From: Octopus bimaculoides
Taxonomy: Eukaryota
Assembly (NCBI RefSeq): GCF_001194135.2
Contig: NC_068989.1
Span: 3,709,406-3,773,405, forward strand
Reading direction: 5' to 3'
DNA length: 64,000 nt
The position numbers were made by a program, and so were the translations under genes. Every line of letters starts with the position of its first letter. Position 1 is the first letter of the stretch. The notes beneath the pieces are model-generated. The model saw nothing but the letters and a program-made list of their open reading frames with translations, was not told the origin of the DNA and did not search any database. Shown here piece after piece: positions 24,446 through 36,777 of the stretch.

Positions 24446-26104
24446 GTTCGCTGTACGTTATATAACGGGCGATGCTTGTCAATTCTTACAAACTATAGAT
24501 AGAAGAATGTATTTATAGAGACAAGAACTCTTGGAGAGATAGTTTTGTTCGTTGTTTACATATCAATGCATGTGGACATCGAAGGAGGAAACGAGAAAGG
24601 AAAAGCCAAGAAGTGTGTGTGTGGTGGTGGTGGGGAGATAAAACTGAGAATTGCATTCAGTGAGGTTTTATTCGGGATTGAAAGAGATGGCTGCGACAGC
24701 ACTTTAAACACACACCACTAAACACTGCTTGTTACGGTTGACTAGTTTGCAGAATGTGGTCGGGACGTGATGACAATTTGGAAGGTCGCTATGTAAATAG
24801 TTTTATGTGAAACAAGGCAAAACCGATGCGGAAACACTTATGTAAAACTCCAGACTTCTTATAAATTAACTTTCATGAGCGAAGCACCTCTTCGTCACTT
24901 GAAAGAAGAGGTTTAAGGTCATCTTCACTTTGAAGGGCGCCCATGGGGCCACTACGAAGTGACTGAAACGTTACAAGTACACTGACGTCAGAAGATTCTA
25001 CTTTGAAGCAGATTAGAGTTTTGTAATTTTTGAACTACAAAAATATTGACTGTTTTGAAAACATTTTTTTCTTTTTGCATTTTCCATTTATATCATTCAT
25101 TGATACTTCATACACATTTGATATTATAGTTAAAAAAAACACTACAATGTTTATTTTTGAAATTGAATAGAAAAGGATAAATGTGCTTTTTTTTCAGCGA
25201 TCCGCATTTGGGTCTTTTCGAAAAATTGATCATAATTTCCAAAATAATTCACACATGAAGAAAATTTAAATACTATATATTATTTTAATACCTAAGACAC
25301 ATGGTAAAGCGAAAAAATATGAATACTAAAAATTTGGAAGTTAATGGGCTAAAGTTCATGCACATCAGAGTTAATTAATTACTGATGTAACACTACGAGA
25401 AACATAAGCGTTCAAAATATCCGGGCATGTCAACACTTATGTGTACGTGAAGGTACACAAAGTGGGAAAGAGACATGCCAAGGTACACAAGTTTTCAACA
25501 AGTGGAGACGTTTTGGTGTTTGGAAGAATGAACCGTTCTCTAATTTAATGCTGTAATTTGTTCTGTGTAGGAATCCAAGAATAATTTTAAGCCTGATCAT
25601 GTGTTATTACGTTTTAATGTGGTTGCTCACTTATTCATTCACCACTTGTTCAATTCACCAACACGTAATCCAACGACATCTCTTCTTAATAGCTTCTACG
25701 ACTCTCGGGATAATATATGGCTGCGCATACGACACTAAGCTGATACCTCCAGCACGCATGCGTATTTATACACTTCGGAACCGTTTATTTATCCTCTCAC
25801 GAGTGTGTTCGGATTCCACCACAACATTGTGTTATTAAAACTGTTTACGTTGTTCTTGGCTAAAAATATTATTCCATTTCGATAAGATTGCTTTCAGGAA
25901 AACAATCGACGTTTAACACTAATTTTCTGCTTTCCTTGGCGACCTGAATTTAGAACATCGTCCTTTCATTTATAATTCAGCAGTGAAGACTACGTATTTT
26001 TTCGAAACACGCGAAGAATAAATATTCTTAGAACTTATTATTGCCTCCATGACAGGCAATAATATGTCCATTGTTATTTAAGATCATTATCACTACAGTA
26101 CTAT

Positions 26105-26330
26105 AATCTTGGTTTCAAACTTTGGGACAAGGCCAGCTATTTGGGGTGGGGTGGGAGGGAAAAGTTGATTACATTGACCCCAGTGCTAAACTGGTATCTA
26201 CTTTATCGACCACGAAAGGGACGAAATGCAAATTCGAACTCGGAGGAATTTGGACTCAGAACGCAGAGAAGGGAAAATGACGCTAAGCGTTCTGGCTGAT
26301 GTGCAAACGGTTCTGTCAGCTTGGCGCCGT
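26105..26330 (-). mobile_element. SINE family A copy, diverged
   Basis: tttgggacaaggccagc...attgaccccagtgctaaactggta...ggaatttggactcagaacg. Confidence 0.8.
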
Positions 26331-26357
26331 CGAATTTGCTATAATATTGCTATCACT

Positions 26358-26727
26358 TAGGCGCAGAGATGGTGTTGTGGTTAAGAAGTTCACTTTGGTA
26401 CTACGTGGTTTCAGGTTCAGTACCTTGGGCAAGTCTCGTGTCTTCTGCTATAACCCCAAGCTGATAATGATTTGCGTGTGATTTTAGTAGACGGAAACTG
26501 CGTGGAAGCTCTTCGTATGTATGACTAAACATGTGTGCATGTGAGTGTGTGTTTGTGTGTATGTATTAGTGCTATACAGGCAAACATATTGATACAAGCA
26601 CACACAAACACAACCGTTGTTGGTATGGTTACGTCCCCGTGACTTAGCGGTTTGACCAAAGACACCAAGAGAATAAGTACTAGGCTTATAAAGAACAGAT
26701 CGTCGTATTGATTTGCTCGACTAACGG
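26358..26727 (+). mobile_element. SINE family B copy, truncated at the 3' hairpin
   Basis: taggcgcagagatggtgttgtggttaagaag...ccttgggcaagt...tacgtccccgtgacttagcgg...gatttgctcgactaa. Confidence 0.85.
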
Positions 26728-26865
26728 AACCGCCTTTAGTCGAGCAAATCAACCCCAAGAATTACTTTTGAAAGCCTAGTATTTATTCTGTCGGTGTATT
26801 TGGTCGATCCGCTAAGTTACAGGGACGTAAACACTCCAGCCAACAACGTCGGTTGTCATATATAT
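26728..26865 (-). mobile_element. SINE family B 3' half, joined tail-to-tail to the previous copy
   Basis: ccgcctttagtcgagcaaatcaacccc...ccgctaagttacagggacgtaaacac. Confidence 0.85.
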
Positions 26866-26871
26866 ATGTAT

Positions 26872-26929
<58 letters not shown>

Positions 26930-27029
26930 GGATAGATAGATATGTATGTATGTATATATGTATGTATACATGCATATATATGCATGCATGAATTATAAAT
27001 TGAAAAATGTGAGCACAACATGCAATTTA

Positions 27030-27470
27030 GAGTCCCTCGTTAGGGGCGGTCTTCAAGTAAATTGATTACTCCATGGATGTCGAGCAACTGTAATGGAGTT
27101 GATTGTTGTTTGACGGACGCCTGTTTTTCATTATTCATTATCATTGGATTTTAAATTATGAGCTGTTAATCTGATTATAACTCCTAGAAATACTTGCGGC
27201 CATATTGGTTTTCATACTTGCAATTGTTAGATTAATTCTCGCTTTTGGCTGAGTAATTTGTAATGTTCCATTAAGATATTCGTTAGGTAATGCTACCTGC
27301 CAAGCAAAGTTCATCTCTGTTGGCGTTGGCACTATAATGTTTTCCCGGATCGATAATATACCATTTATATCAATGTTATTTTACTCTTCCTCTTTTAATA
27401 TCCAAATATTTTGTGACAAAAACTACTGTTTTCATATTGCATATTTTGGAAGAAACATTATGTACAGCAC
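27030..27470 (-). mobile_element. Penelope-like element 3' remnant (GIY-YIG endonuclease C-terminus)
   Basis: Minus-strand frames give IWILKEEE / KWYIIDPGKHYSANANRDELCLA / LLSQKRELI, matching the order of the PLE tail motifs IWxLK..xWSI..A..Y..RCxLCL.EK..LLNKRSELI; several stops and frameshifts. Confidence 0.6.
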
Positions 27471-27645
27471 CTATTAAACTTCTTTTCACAAGCTCCTATA
27501 TATATACATACACACACATATATATATNNNNNNNNNNNNNNNNNNNNNNNNNNNNNNNNNNNNNNNNNNNNNNNNNNNNNNNNNNNNNNNNNNNNNNNNN
27601 NNNNNNNNNNNNNNNNNNNNNNNNNNNNNNNNNNNNNNNNNNNNT

Positions 27646-27915
27646 CGTGGCACTCCGTCGATCCCAGTTGATCCGATCAACGGAACAGAGTGTAAGAAGG
27701 CTGGCCCTTAGAAATACAGGTACGACAGAAACAAGAAGGAACAATGAGAGAAAGTTGGGGTGAAAGAGTACTGCAGGGTTCACCACCATCCGCTGCCGGA
27801 GCCTTGTGGAGCTTTAGGTGTTTTCGCTCAATAAACACTTATAACGCCTTGTCTGGAAATTGAAACCGCGATCCTACGACCACGAGCCCGCTGCACTAAC
27901 CATTGTGTCATTGCA
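27646..27915 (-). mobile_element. SINE family C (subtype 1) with internal deletion
   Basis: gtggcactccgtcg...gatcaacggaacag|agtgt...gctcaataaacact...gaaaccgcgatcct...ctaaccat. Confidence 0.85.
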
Positions 27916-28310
27916 CATCATTGTGTGGTTGAGAAGGTCATGTTTTACTCGTTTGGTTTCGTGTTCAGTTCCATAACGCGGCACCTTGGGCAAGTGGCTT
28001 CTTTCTATATCTACGGAGTGAATTTGGTTGACACGGAAACTATCTGAAAGCCCGTCGAATGTTTATATATTATGTGTGTGTGTGTGAGTGTGCGTGTGCA
28101 TGTGTGTGTGTGTCTGTGTTTCTGAATATGTGTGTGTATCTTTGAGTTTGTGTTCGTTCCCACGGCAACTCTTGACAGCTTAGATTGGTTTCTCTACGTC
28201 TCTGCAACCTTAGGTGTTTGGCAAATGATCAATGGAATGAATACTAGACTTAAAAATAAGTTCTTGGGTTGAGTCGTTTAACTAAACTGTTGTAGGCGCT
28301 GCTCCAGCAT
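27915..28310 (+). mobile_element. SINE family B copy, decayed
   Basis: gtgtggttgagaag...ggcaccttgggcaagtg...cggaaact..aagcccgtcg, (TG) linker, 3' body remnants. Confidence 0.7.
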
Positions 28311-28972
28311 TACTGCAAATCCAGTGACTGAAAACCAATTAAAAATTAAAAGATTGTTTCCTGTTTTTAACCTTGTAAACCAGACAATACTTTTAATAGG
28401 AAATTCGCTGTTGGCTGAAGTTTAAAAATTTACTGCTTCAGGCATTCATGTATGAGTTTATAACTATCATTATGCTCTCAGTGTATTTTATGCGCAGCTG
28501 TCGCTCACTTTTAGATTATTTCTATCAAATAATTAGTAGTATTTGTTGTCAGTAAGCCAATGTTTGTTAGCTTTGCTGTTCCTATTTTTACTGTAAATGT
28601 AACTTGCTTAAACACTTCTTGCTTTTAGATGCGCGTTGTGAGTTAATTCTTCATTGAGCATATTTTAATCTTAGTTACCTTTGTGCAATTGCTCTAGGAT
28701 GCTGAAAATTTTGTCTATCACCAGGTTTGTCTAGTATCCAGCTACAAACGCTAACATCGAGTTTTAGTTTGAAATGTTGGCAACTGATTTGAAAATTTCT
28801 TCATATATGATAGATGCCAAGAAATTCTGCAATATTTTCTTATCATCTTTTAGATTCATATGAAATCTTCAGTAAATGTGTTGCGATAATATATGAGGTG
28901 TTAAAGACAGTGTCTTCGAATATTTGAATCATGTTATTTATTTCGTATCCGGGTGGCAATATTGGTTTCTAG

Positions 28973-29119
28973 AACTTTCGATGTACATGAATGAGACGAC
29001 TGGATGCGGCCGTTTGGACATTGGCGATTTGGCACGGCTGACTGGGACATTTAACCTGTTGGGAGACAATGAGTATTGGAACTGGGACCCAACGAACAAT
29101 CAAGCGCGCGTTTGCGGAG
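28973..29119 (+). CDS. Candidate internal coding exon, unknown product
   Basis: 147 nt between ggtttctag| and |gtatac, phase 1-1, only one open plus frame: LSMYMNETTGCGRLDIGDLARLTGTFNLLGDNEYWNWDPTNNQARVCG; GC-richer than flanks. No family recognised and no partner exons found. Confidence 0.25.
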
Positions 29120-29532
29120 GTATACTCATGCATAAAGTGTGAGCGAGAGAAATATTACACAAACATAGGCGCAGGCATGGCTGTGTGGTAAGTCCTCGAA
29201 CCAACTGATTCCTCAACTAGTTCCGTTTGCCAAAAAGCTTGCAACGGCGCCAGAAGGTCTCAAGAGGCAAATGCGTGTCCATAGAACGTGATTGGCGCTT
29301 TATTTTACTGAACCCTCATTTGAATTTCACGATAAGAGAATCCATGATATATACATATATGTATACATCCATTCCCACGCACACTTACTCACGCATTCAT
29401 GTATGTTAATGTTCATTTTTATGTTTAGTTCTAATAAAAACGATTGTAAATTAATCTGAGGGTTTACTTTTGTAGTGTACAAATTTATTATGCTTTAACA
29501 TGAATATTGTTGACATGTGTATGTGTATATGC

Positions 29533-29570
<38 letters not shown>

Positions 29571-30049
29571 NNNNNNNNNNNNNNNNNNNNNNNNNNNNNN
29601 NNNNNNNNNNNNNNNNNNNNNNNNNNNNNNNNNNNNNNNNNNNNNNNNNNNNNNNNNNNNNNNNNNNNNNNNNNNNNNNNNNNNNNNNNNNNNNNNNNNN
29701 NNNNNNNNNNNNNNNNNNNNNNNNNNNNNNNNNNNNNNNNNNNNNNNNNNNNNNNNNNNNNNNNNNNNNNNNNNNNNNNNNNNNNNNNNNNNNNNNNNNN
29801 NNNNNNNNNNNNNNNNNNNNNNNNNNNNNNNNNNNNNNNNNNNNNNNNNNNNNNNNNNNNNNNNNNNNNNNNNNNNNNNNNNNNNNNNNNNNNNNNNNNN
29901 NNNNNNNNNNNNNNNNNNNNNNNNNNNNNNNNNNNNNNNNNNNNNNNNNNNNNNNNNNNNNNNNNNNNNNNNNNNNNNNNNNNNNNNNNNNNNNNNNNNN
30001 NNNNNNNNNNNNNNNNNNNNNNNNNNNNNNNNNNNNNNNNNNNNNNNNN

Positions 30050-30109
<60 letters not shown>

Positions 30110-30474
30110 CACTCGCACATATACGTTACATTCATACATGCATACATAGTTTTGCATAGATCTGCACACACACACAAGTATATATATATATATAGTCATG
30201 CATACACGTTTACATATATCCGTGTTGTGCGTGTGCGTGTGTGTGTGTGTGTATGACACTATGTGCATAATCGCATATGTCAACACAATGTGTTCGTCCG
30301 CTAGATATAATAGGCCATATTGATTTCTTGCAGTGAACGATAATATGTTCCTAATTGGTTAGCATTCGATATTTCTGTTCTATTGTCTCCCGCTTTTTCG
30401 ACTCTAATAGAATGATAATCTGGTAGAGCCAGATGCATTCCTAAGAATAACGTCAACAATAACAACAAGAAAAA

Positions 30475-30490
30475 GAAAATGAACAATAAT

Positions 30491-30556
<66 letters not shown>

Positions 30557-30575
30557 AATAATAATAATAATAATG
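30475..30575. repeat. (AAC)/(AAT) array
   Basis: Directly visible. Confidence 0.95.
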
Positions 30576-30790
30576 ACAGCAATAAAAAAGCTTTTATTGT
30601 TGGCCCTAGGGCCATCTATACAATTCAAAACATGTGTCATAGAGAAGAGATAAGGGATAGAAAGTATGGTGTATATATATATATATATATATATATATNN
30701 NNNNNNNNNNNNNNNNNNNNNNNNNNNNNNNNNNNNNNNNNNNNNNNNNNNNNNNNNNNNNNNNNNNNNNNNNNNNNNNNNNNNNNNNNN

Positions 30791-30833
<43 letters not shown>

Positions 30834-31049
30834 ATATATATATATGCATATATATACACATATATATACACATATATACATATATATACATATATATATA
30901 TATATACACACAGATATATACATACACACACACACACGTACACACACATATATAAATATACATAACAAGAGGTAATACTTCATAAGGTATAACGGGAGAA
31001 GCAAAAGTTAACGAGGGGTTAGCAATTTTCTACACGAAATATTTACAAA

Positions 31050-31590
31050 TGGATAATGGTATCTCTCTTGCAAAATGGCGACTCGTCCTTGTCTAAAAGA
31101 GTTACTAAATATCAGAGCATCCATGTCATCTACCCCAGTATTCCTCTTGAAACTGAATCCACCAAATTTTCCGGTGACCATGCTGGAACTCATATAAACT
31201 GTGACATTCTTCCCTCTTCATATAAAATGGCAATTATTCACTAGAAGTTTCAAGACTTGTGACAGTCTGATTGATCTTCTCCCAACACTCTCAAATCGTG
31301 TACATATTCACGGTAGACGTTCCATCTTCGCGAGTCCTCATGACTTTGATAATCCATACAGGCTCTGCCAAAATCACTTGTTGTAGTAAGTCACGGCCTC
31401 GAGTACCACATACTCTCACTGTAACGAAAATATCATATTGTCGAATTTGATGGACATATAGCGGTATGTAAGCCGACTTCAAAAATCTCTAGTGAGACTT
31501 TTTATTAATGTTCCTGAAGAGACCCAGATCGGGTCGAAACGTATTGCACCCAATAAAGTCTATTACACATTCCATCTCCTATTTTATTAA
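31050..31590 (+). mobile_element. Probable Penelope-like 3' remnant ending in a hammerhead motif
   Basis: Weak GIY-YIG-like pieces (GDSSLSKRVTKY; LIDLLPTLSNR), then a hammerhead core at 31514-31543, AATAAA at 31552-31557 and a (TA)n tail. Confidence 0.45.
31505..31570 (+). ncRNA. Type I hammerhead ribozyme-like motif
   Basis: CTGAAGA (31514-20), perfect 5-bp stem II gaccc/gggtc, GAAAC (31536-40), candidate cleavage triplets GTA (31541-43) or GTC (31558-60); stem I pairing is poor. Confidence 0.55.
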
Positions 31591-31878
31591 TTCATTATAT
31601 ATATATATACACACATACATACATATACACACAGAGAGGAAGGGAGAGAGAGAGAGAAGTAGATAGATAGATATAAGGAATAGAGAGAATTATACTCCGT
31701 ATATAGTACAACTATTTAGTACTCAAAGTAAATTGGCCTATTGAAATACTACACAAGATTCTGTATATGCGACAATTTGGATTTGAGACATTTTAAAGAA
31801 GTACTTAATGGATTGAAATTTTAGTTTTCATATATGGACTGATAATCCAGAATTTTGTCTCAAATCCAAAGACTTCCG

Positions 31879-31930
<52 letters not shown>

Positions 31931-31966
31931 GTACGTATGTATGTGTATATACGGATAGATAAATAA

Positions 31967-31997
<31 letters not shown>

Positions 31998-32324
31998 TAA
32001 AAGTATTACGACGTGACCACAAGAGATAAAGCACTTCCTGTTCGATGTTGATAATTTAACGCCATTATTATGTTCGCCACAGTGAAGTGATGAACATTGA
32101 TAGAAGCAGAAGAGCAGCGTGGGCTGACTGAAACAAATGAATGACAAACTTAATATCTTTAGGAATGGCTCTTTATTATGGAATAGGAAATCCCACTGTG
32201 GCATGCAATAAAACGCCTCGGAATTGACAATTTCGCTTGCATAAACTTTAATCTTGTCACCCACACACGTGCATCCATATACACATGAATACACGTACAA
32301 ATGAATATACATTTACATCCATGC

Positions 32325-32376
<52 letters not shown>

Positions 32377-32442
32377 ACACTTACAAACACACACGTACAT
32401 ATATATATGTATGTATGTATCTATCTATGTATATTTATTTAT

Positions 32443-32513
<71 letters not shown>

Positions 32514-32704
32514 AAGAAGAAGAAATACAGATAGAGAGTTCTTGAAGTCATGTACAAATACTTAGATTAGAATAAATATACAGTGTGTGCGTGTTTATGT
32601 GTGTATGTTTGTGCATGTGTATATATATATATATATTATATATATATATAATATGTATATGCATGTATTTATGTATGTATCTAAATATATATATATATAC
32701 AAGC

Positions 32705-33065
32705 ATAGGCGCAGGAGTGGCTGTGTGGTGAGTAGCTCGCTTACAAACCACATGGTTCCGGGTTCAGTCCCACTGCGTGGCATCTTGGGCAGTTGTCTTC
32801 TACTATAGCCTCTGGCCAACCAAAGCCTTGTGAGTGGATTTGGTAAACGGAAACTGAAAGAAGCCCGTCGAATATATGTATATATATATATGTGTGTGTG
32901 TGTTTGTGTGTCTGTGCTTGTCCCCCTAGCATTGCTTGACAACCGATGCTGGTGTGTTTATGTCCCCGTAACTTAGCGGCTCGTCGAAAAGAGACCGATT
33001 GAATAAGTACTAGGCGTACAAAGAATAACTCTCGGGGTCGATTTGCTCAACTATAGGCGGTGCTC
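32705..33065 (+). mobile_element. SINE family B, near full length and well conserved
   Basis: ataggcgcaggagtggctgtgtgg (A-box-like), gggttcagtccc (B-box-like), (TA)/(TG) linker, 3' body to ataggcggtgctc. Confidence 0.93.
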
Positions 33066-33790
33066 TACACGGGCTAATTTTGTCTTTTATTTTATGCTAA
33101 AAAGAAATTGATTTTTCTTACAGGCCGGAATAACAGCTGGACCCGACTCATACATCAAAACATATGGTCAACACAACTCCACAAGTCCGCTGCTTTTTAG
33201 TAACGATCGAGGCTAAAGATAACGGTTTCGTTACACATCGTTCATCATAAGTATGTTCGTTCGGCTGACAGCTCAACCTTATCCATCAAATATATTTTGA
33301 ATAAGCAAAGCCTCACGGTACATGTCGTGCCGAAGACTTTTGGGAAGTGTCTATGATTCTCGACCTGAAATTCATCCGGAAGAATCTGGTAAGTTGGTCA
33401 TCCTTGACATTAAGTGCATCTCGCAGAACATCATCTCACGTTCCCTAACTAAACCTCAGTTGAGGGCGCATAACCTTGTTACTCCTCTGAATTGCTCTTC
33501 AAGTAAAGGAATGTGAATGGTGAACAACGTTTCTTATGCTTGGTGTCGAACCTTGCTTTACGCATGACCCCCAAAACCTTACATCGGAATCGTTGAAACA
33601 AAAGGATCAGCAACATGAAAAATACAAATAGAAAAAGAAAAGAAACCAAAATAAACGAAAAGAATGGAATTAGATAATAAATATATACAGAATATATAGT
33701 ATATGTGTGTCTGTATGTATGTGTATATCTATCTGTCTGTCTATTTTTCTTTCTTTCCCCCCTCTCCCCCTCTCTCTCTCTATATATATA

Positions 33791-33829
<39 letters not shown>

Positions 33830-34879
33830 ACTTTTGTGAGTGTGTGCGTAGCATCAGAAGAAACTGACTGCAATAAGAACACAGGGAGAAAAATAACAAA
33901 AACGAAAGCATAAACAAAACAAAAGGCAAAAATTAAAAAAAATTATACAGAATCACAACTACTTCCACCGCTAAGAATGGCAGAACAAAAAAAGCTTTAC
34001 TAAAAATTGGAGGAATTAAAACAACAAATCAAGAAACGATGTTACAAATTGAACGGAAACAAAACGAAGCCAACATGTAATGGGGTCGAGGCAAACACGA
34101 ACGCTTTTATTGAATGGTAAATGGAAGTAAAAGGTAGGGGTACGGAGACATCTTAATATATTTTAGGAGTGTTTTTATAAAAGAAAATTCTACGAGGTAC
34201 ATAAATGTTGCTGTTTTATAGGATGTAACTTGAGGTTAATTTTGTTAAAAGCCTTTATATACTTATCTAAACATAGACGTATAGGTATATACACACATGT
34301 GAATAATAACAAAAATGATTTCTTTATCGACCACTATAGGTTTACAATCAGAGCGGTGAGAATGCATACAATATAATTTGATGTGGAGAGTTACATGAGG
34401 ACGTTTAAACTGTAAAAATAACGGAAAAAATATTAAAGCAAGGGAAATTTTCAAAAGAGTAGAGACTTCCAAAGGTTGCTTGTGAAAATTCCACAAATTC
34501 ACGGTTACCTTGATCGTAAATGCAAATGCCTTTTCCATATCCTCCGCCCCAGTCAACGGGCGCATACGCAGAGCAGACCCATTCACTATGAGCAACCTTG
34601 CCAATCTTTGCCACCTTTCAGCTACTTTGCTGGTTAGGCAGCACTTCGCCCTCCATTTGCACTTACCTTTTCAACTGAAATTTTACAAACCTGATGAAAA
34701 CTTAGGCAAAGAGGAAGATATTTGCCTTCAGCCCATCAATCTGGTTCATCCTGCAACCACTTTCACTAAGTCCACCCGACAGATAAATACTACCTTTCAT
34801 TCCCAGCGAAAGGAAGGTGGTGCAACGATCTTTCCAAATTGCTCAGCTGATATCCGGATCCGTGCTAATTTTGTCTGTA

Positions 34880-35040
34880 AGTGTTCGACATAACCCCACA
34901 AATCAACCGTGCTCAGATATCAGGTGAGGGCGTGCGGAATAGTTTCATAGTTCTGTGAGCATTACGCGCAGGCTCGAACCAATAATACCCCTCCCCCCGT
35001 AGCGCTGCCAGATCAAAGATTTTCTGGAAATTATCCATGA
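34880..35040 (-). mobile_element. Possible Tc1/mariner transposase remnant
   Basis: Minus strand tcacctgat(at)ctgagcacggttgatttgtggggttatgtcgaa gives SPD/LSTVD-LWGYVE across a frameshift, like the WPxxSPDLxPxDFFLWGY motif. Confidence 0.4.
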
Positions 35041-35134
35041 AAATCCGACAAAACACTAGCCGGTTCATTCTCGTGGTCATCCAGAGACACACCAAGAATG
35101 TCACTGCTCTTGCTAATCACTTTAAAAAAAATGG

Positions 35135-35545
35135 AGCACTCCGTCGCTTACGACGACGAGGGTCCCAGCTGATACGGTCAACGGAACAGCCTGCTCGTGA
35201 AATTAACGTGCAAGTGGCTGGGCACTCCACAGACACGTGTACCCTTAACGTAGTTTTCAGGGAGATTNNNNNNNNNNGCTCGTGAAATTAACGTGCAAGT
35301 GGCTGGGCACTCCACAGACACGTGTACCCTTAACGTAGTTTTCAGGGAGATTCGGCGTGACACAGAGTGTGACAAGGCCGGCCCTTTGAAATAGAGGTAC
35401 TACTAATTTTCTTCCCAGCTGAGTGGACTGGAGCAACGTGAAGTAAAGTGTCTTGCTCAAGGACACAACGCGTCGCCGGGAATTGAACTCACAACCTTGC
35501 AATCGTGAGCCGAATGCCCTAACCACTAAGCCACGCGCCTTCACT
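35135..35545 (-). mobile_element. SINE family C (subtype 2), full length, interrupted by a 10-N gap
   Basis: Reverse complement head gtgaaggcgcgtggcttagtggttaggg...gagttcaattcccgg, core ttgtgtccttgagcaagacacttt..ctccagtccactcagctg, shared family-C tail. Confidence 0.92.
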
Positions 35546-35859
35546 GCCAATCAGTTACCCTCCTTAGAACGCCAGAGTGGAACTTCAATCGACTGAATTA
35601 TCCAATTGGTTGTGGGCATCTGACAATACTTTAAGCGTCATGTTTCGACCTATGCTGAATCCAGGACCGCAGCTTGGTCAATAAGACGACACATCGAAAA
35701 ATGAATCTGGCAAACGGCAACCACACCTGTTCACGACGCTCAAGGAAACGTTCAAGATGTCACAACTCGGCGAATCTCTGCGTATCATTTGTAACAGCAG
35801 GACATGAACAGTATTTCCACTTGAAAGTTCCCTCTGTTATAGATAATTCGGAGAATTAT

Positions 35860-36181
35860 GATGGTGATGATGATGATGATGATGATGATTATGGTGATGA
35901 TGATGATGGTTCTGATGATGATGATTCTGACGATGATGAGGATTCGGATGATGATGATGATGGTGATGATTGCGTTTTATGATAACAGCAATAGTGACAA
36001 TATTCTCTCACAATGAAGGGATTTTTACAATAGTAACGTTTGTAGTAATAACATTAATAATAAAAAAACCCAACATAAACAATAACATATTAATAAAATA
36101 ACAGCAAAAAATATAAATACTACAAAAGAACAAAAACAACTACAACTACCACTACTACTACTACTTCTGTTACAACAAGAA

Positions 36182-36249
<68 letters not shown>

Positions 36250-36250
36250 C

Positions 36251-36286
<36 letters not shown>

Positions 36287-36305
36287 GTAATAATAATAAT
36301 AATAA
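35860..36305. repeat. (GAT) and (AAT) arrays
   Basis: Directly visible. Confidence 0.9.
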
Positions 36306-36674
36306 CAACAATCGCACAATAATGAACGAACACGGTGTTTCTGAATACTGGGTGGAAATTGTTCAGTATTTGTTTAATCTTAACAGCTTTCAGTTAAAAT
36401 GGCTGCCTTGTTCTCGTTTATATTATTTGTGTATTATTTGTTATATTTTGTGGTTTCTTTTTGTTTCTCGCACATTGCATCATTTGGACGAGAAAAAATA
36501 TTGATCTGAAGTGGCATGGATTTTTTTTATAGCCTATTACTATTATTATTATTATTATTATTATTGATATTAATAGTATTAGTATTATTATTATTAGTAT
36601 TGTTACACCCACCATAACATTGGATTAAAAGCACTCATCGACATAAAGCAACGACTTTATGTCTGCCGGCATAT

Positions 36675-36777
<103 letters not shown>

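Noticed and set aside
28640-28860. Minus-strand LAFVAGY resembling a P-element/THAP transposase tail
   Set aside because: Single short motif among stops.
32705-32790. tRNA-like A and B boxes in SINE heads
   Set aside because: No cloverleaf; they continue into SINE bodies, so not tRNA genes.
33221-33250. Minus-strand atgatga..gaaaccgtt hammerhead-like string
   Set aside because: Core C missing and no stems I or II.
33124-33394. Good acceptor at 33123 and perfect donor ctg|gtaagt near 33388
   Set aside because: All three frames between them contain stops.
34510-34893. 127-aa plus ORF
   Set aside because: TTG start, no motif, and it overlaps the antisense of a probable Tc1/mariner remnant.
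35198-35347. About 70-bp exact direct repeat either side of a 10-N gap (also cacacaagattta at 18170-18205)
   Set aside because: Identical overlap across a placeholder gap is a scaffolding artefact.
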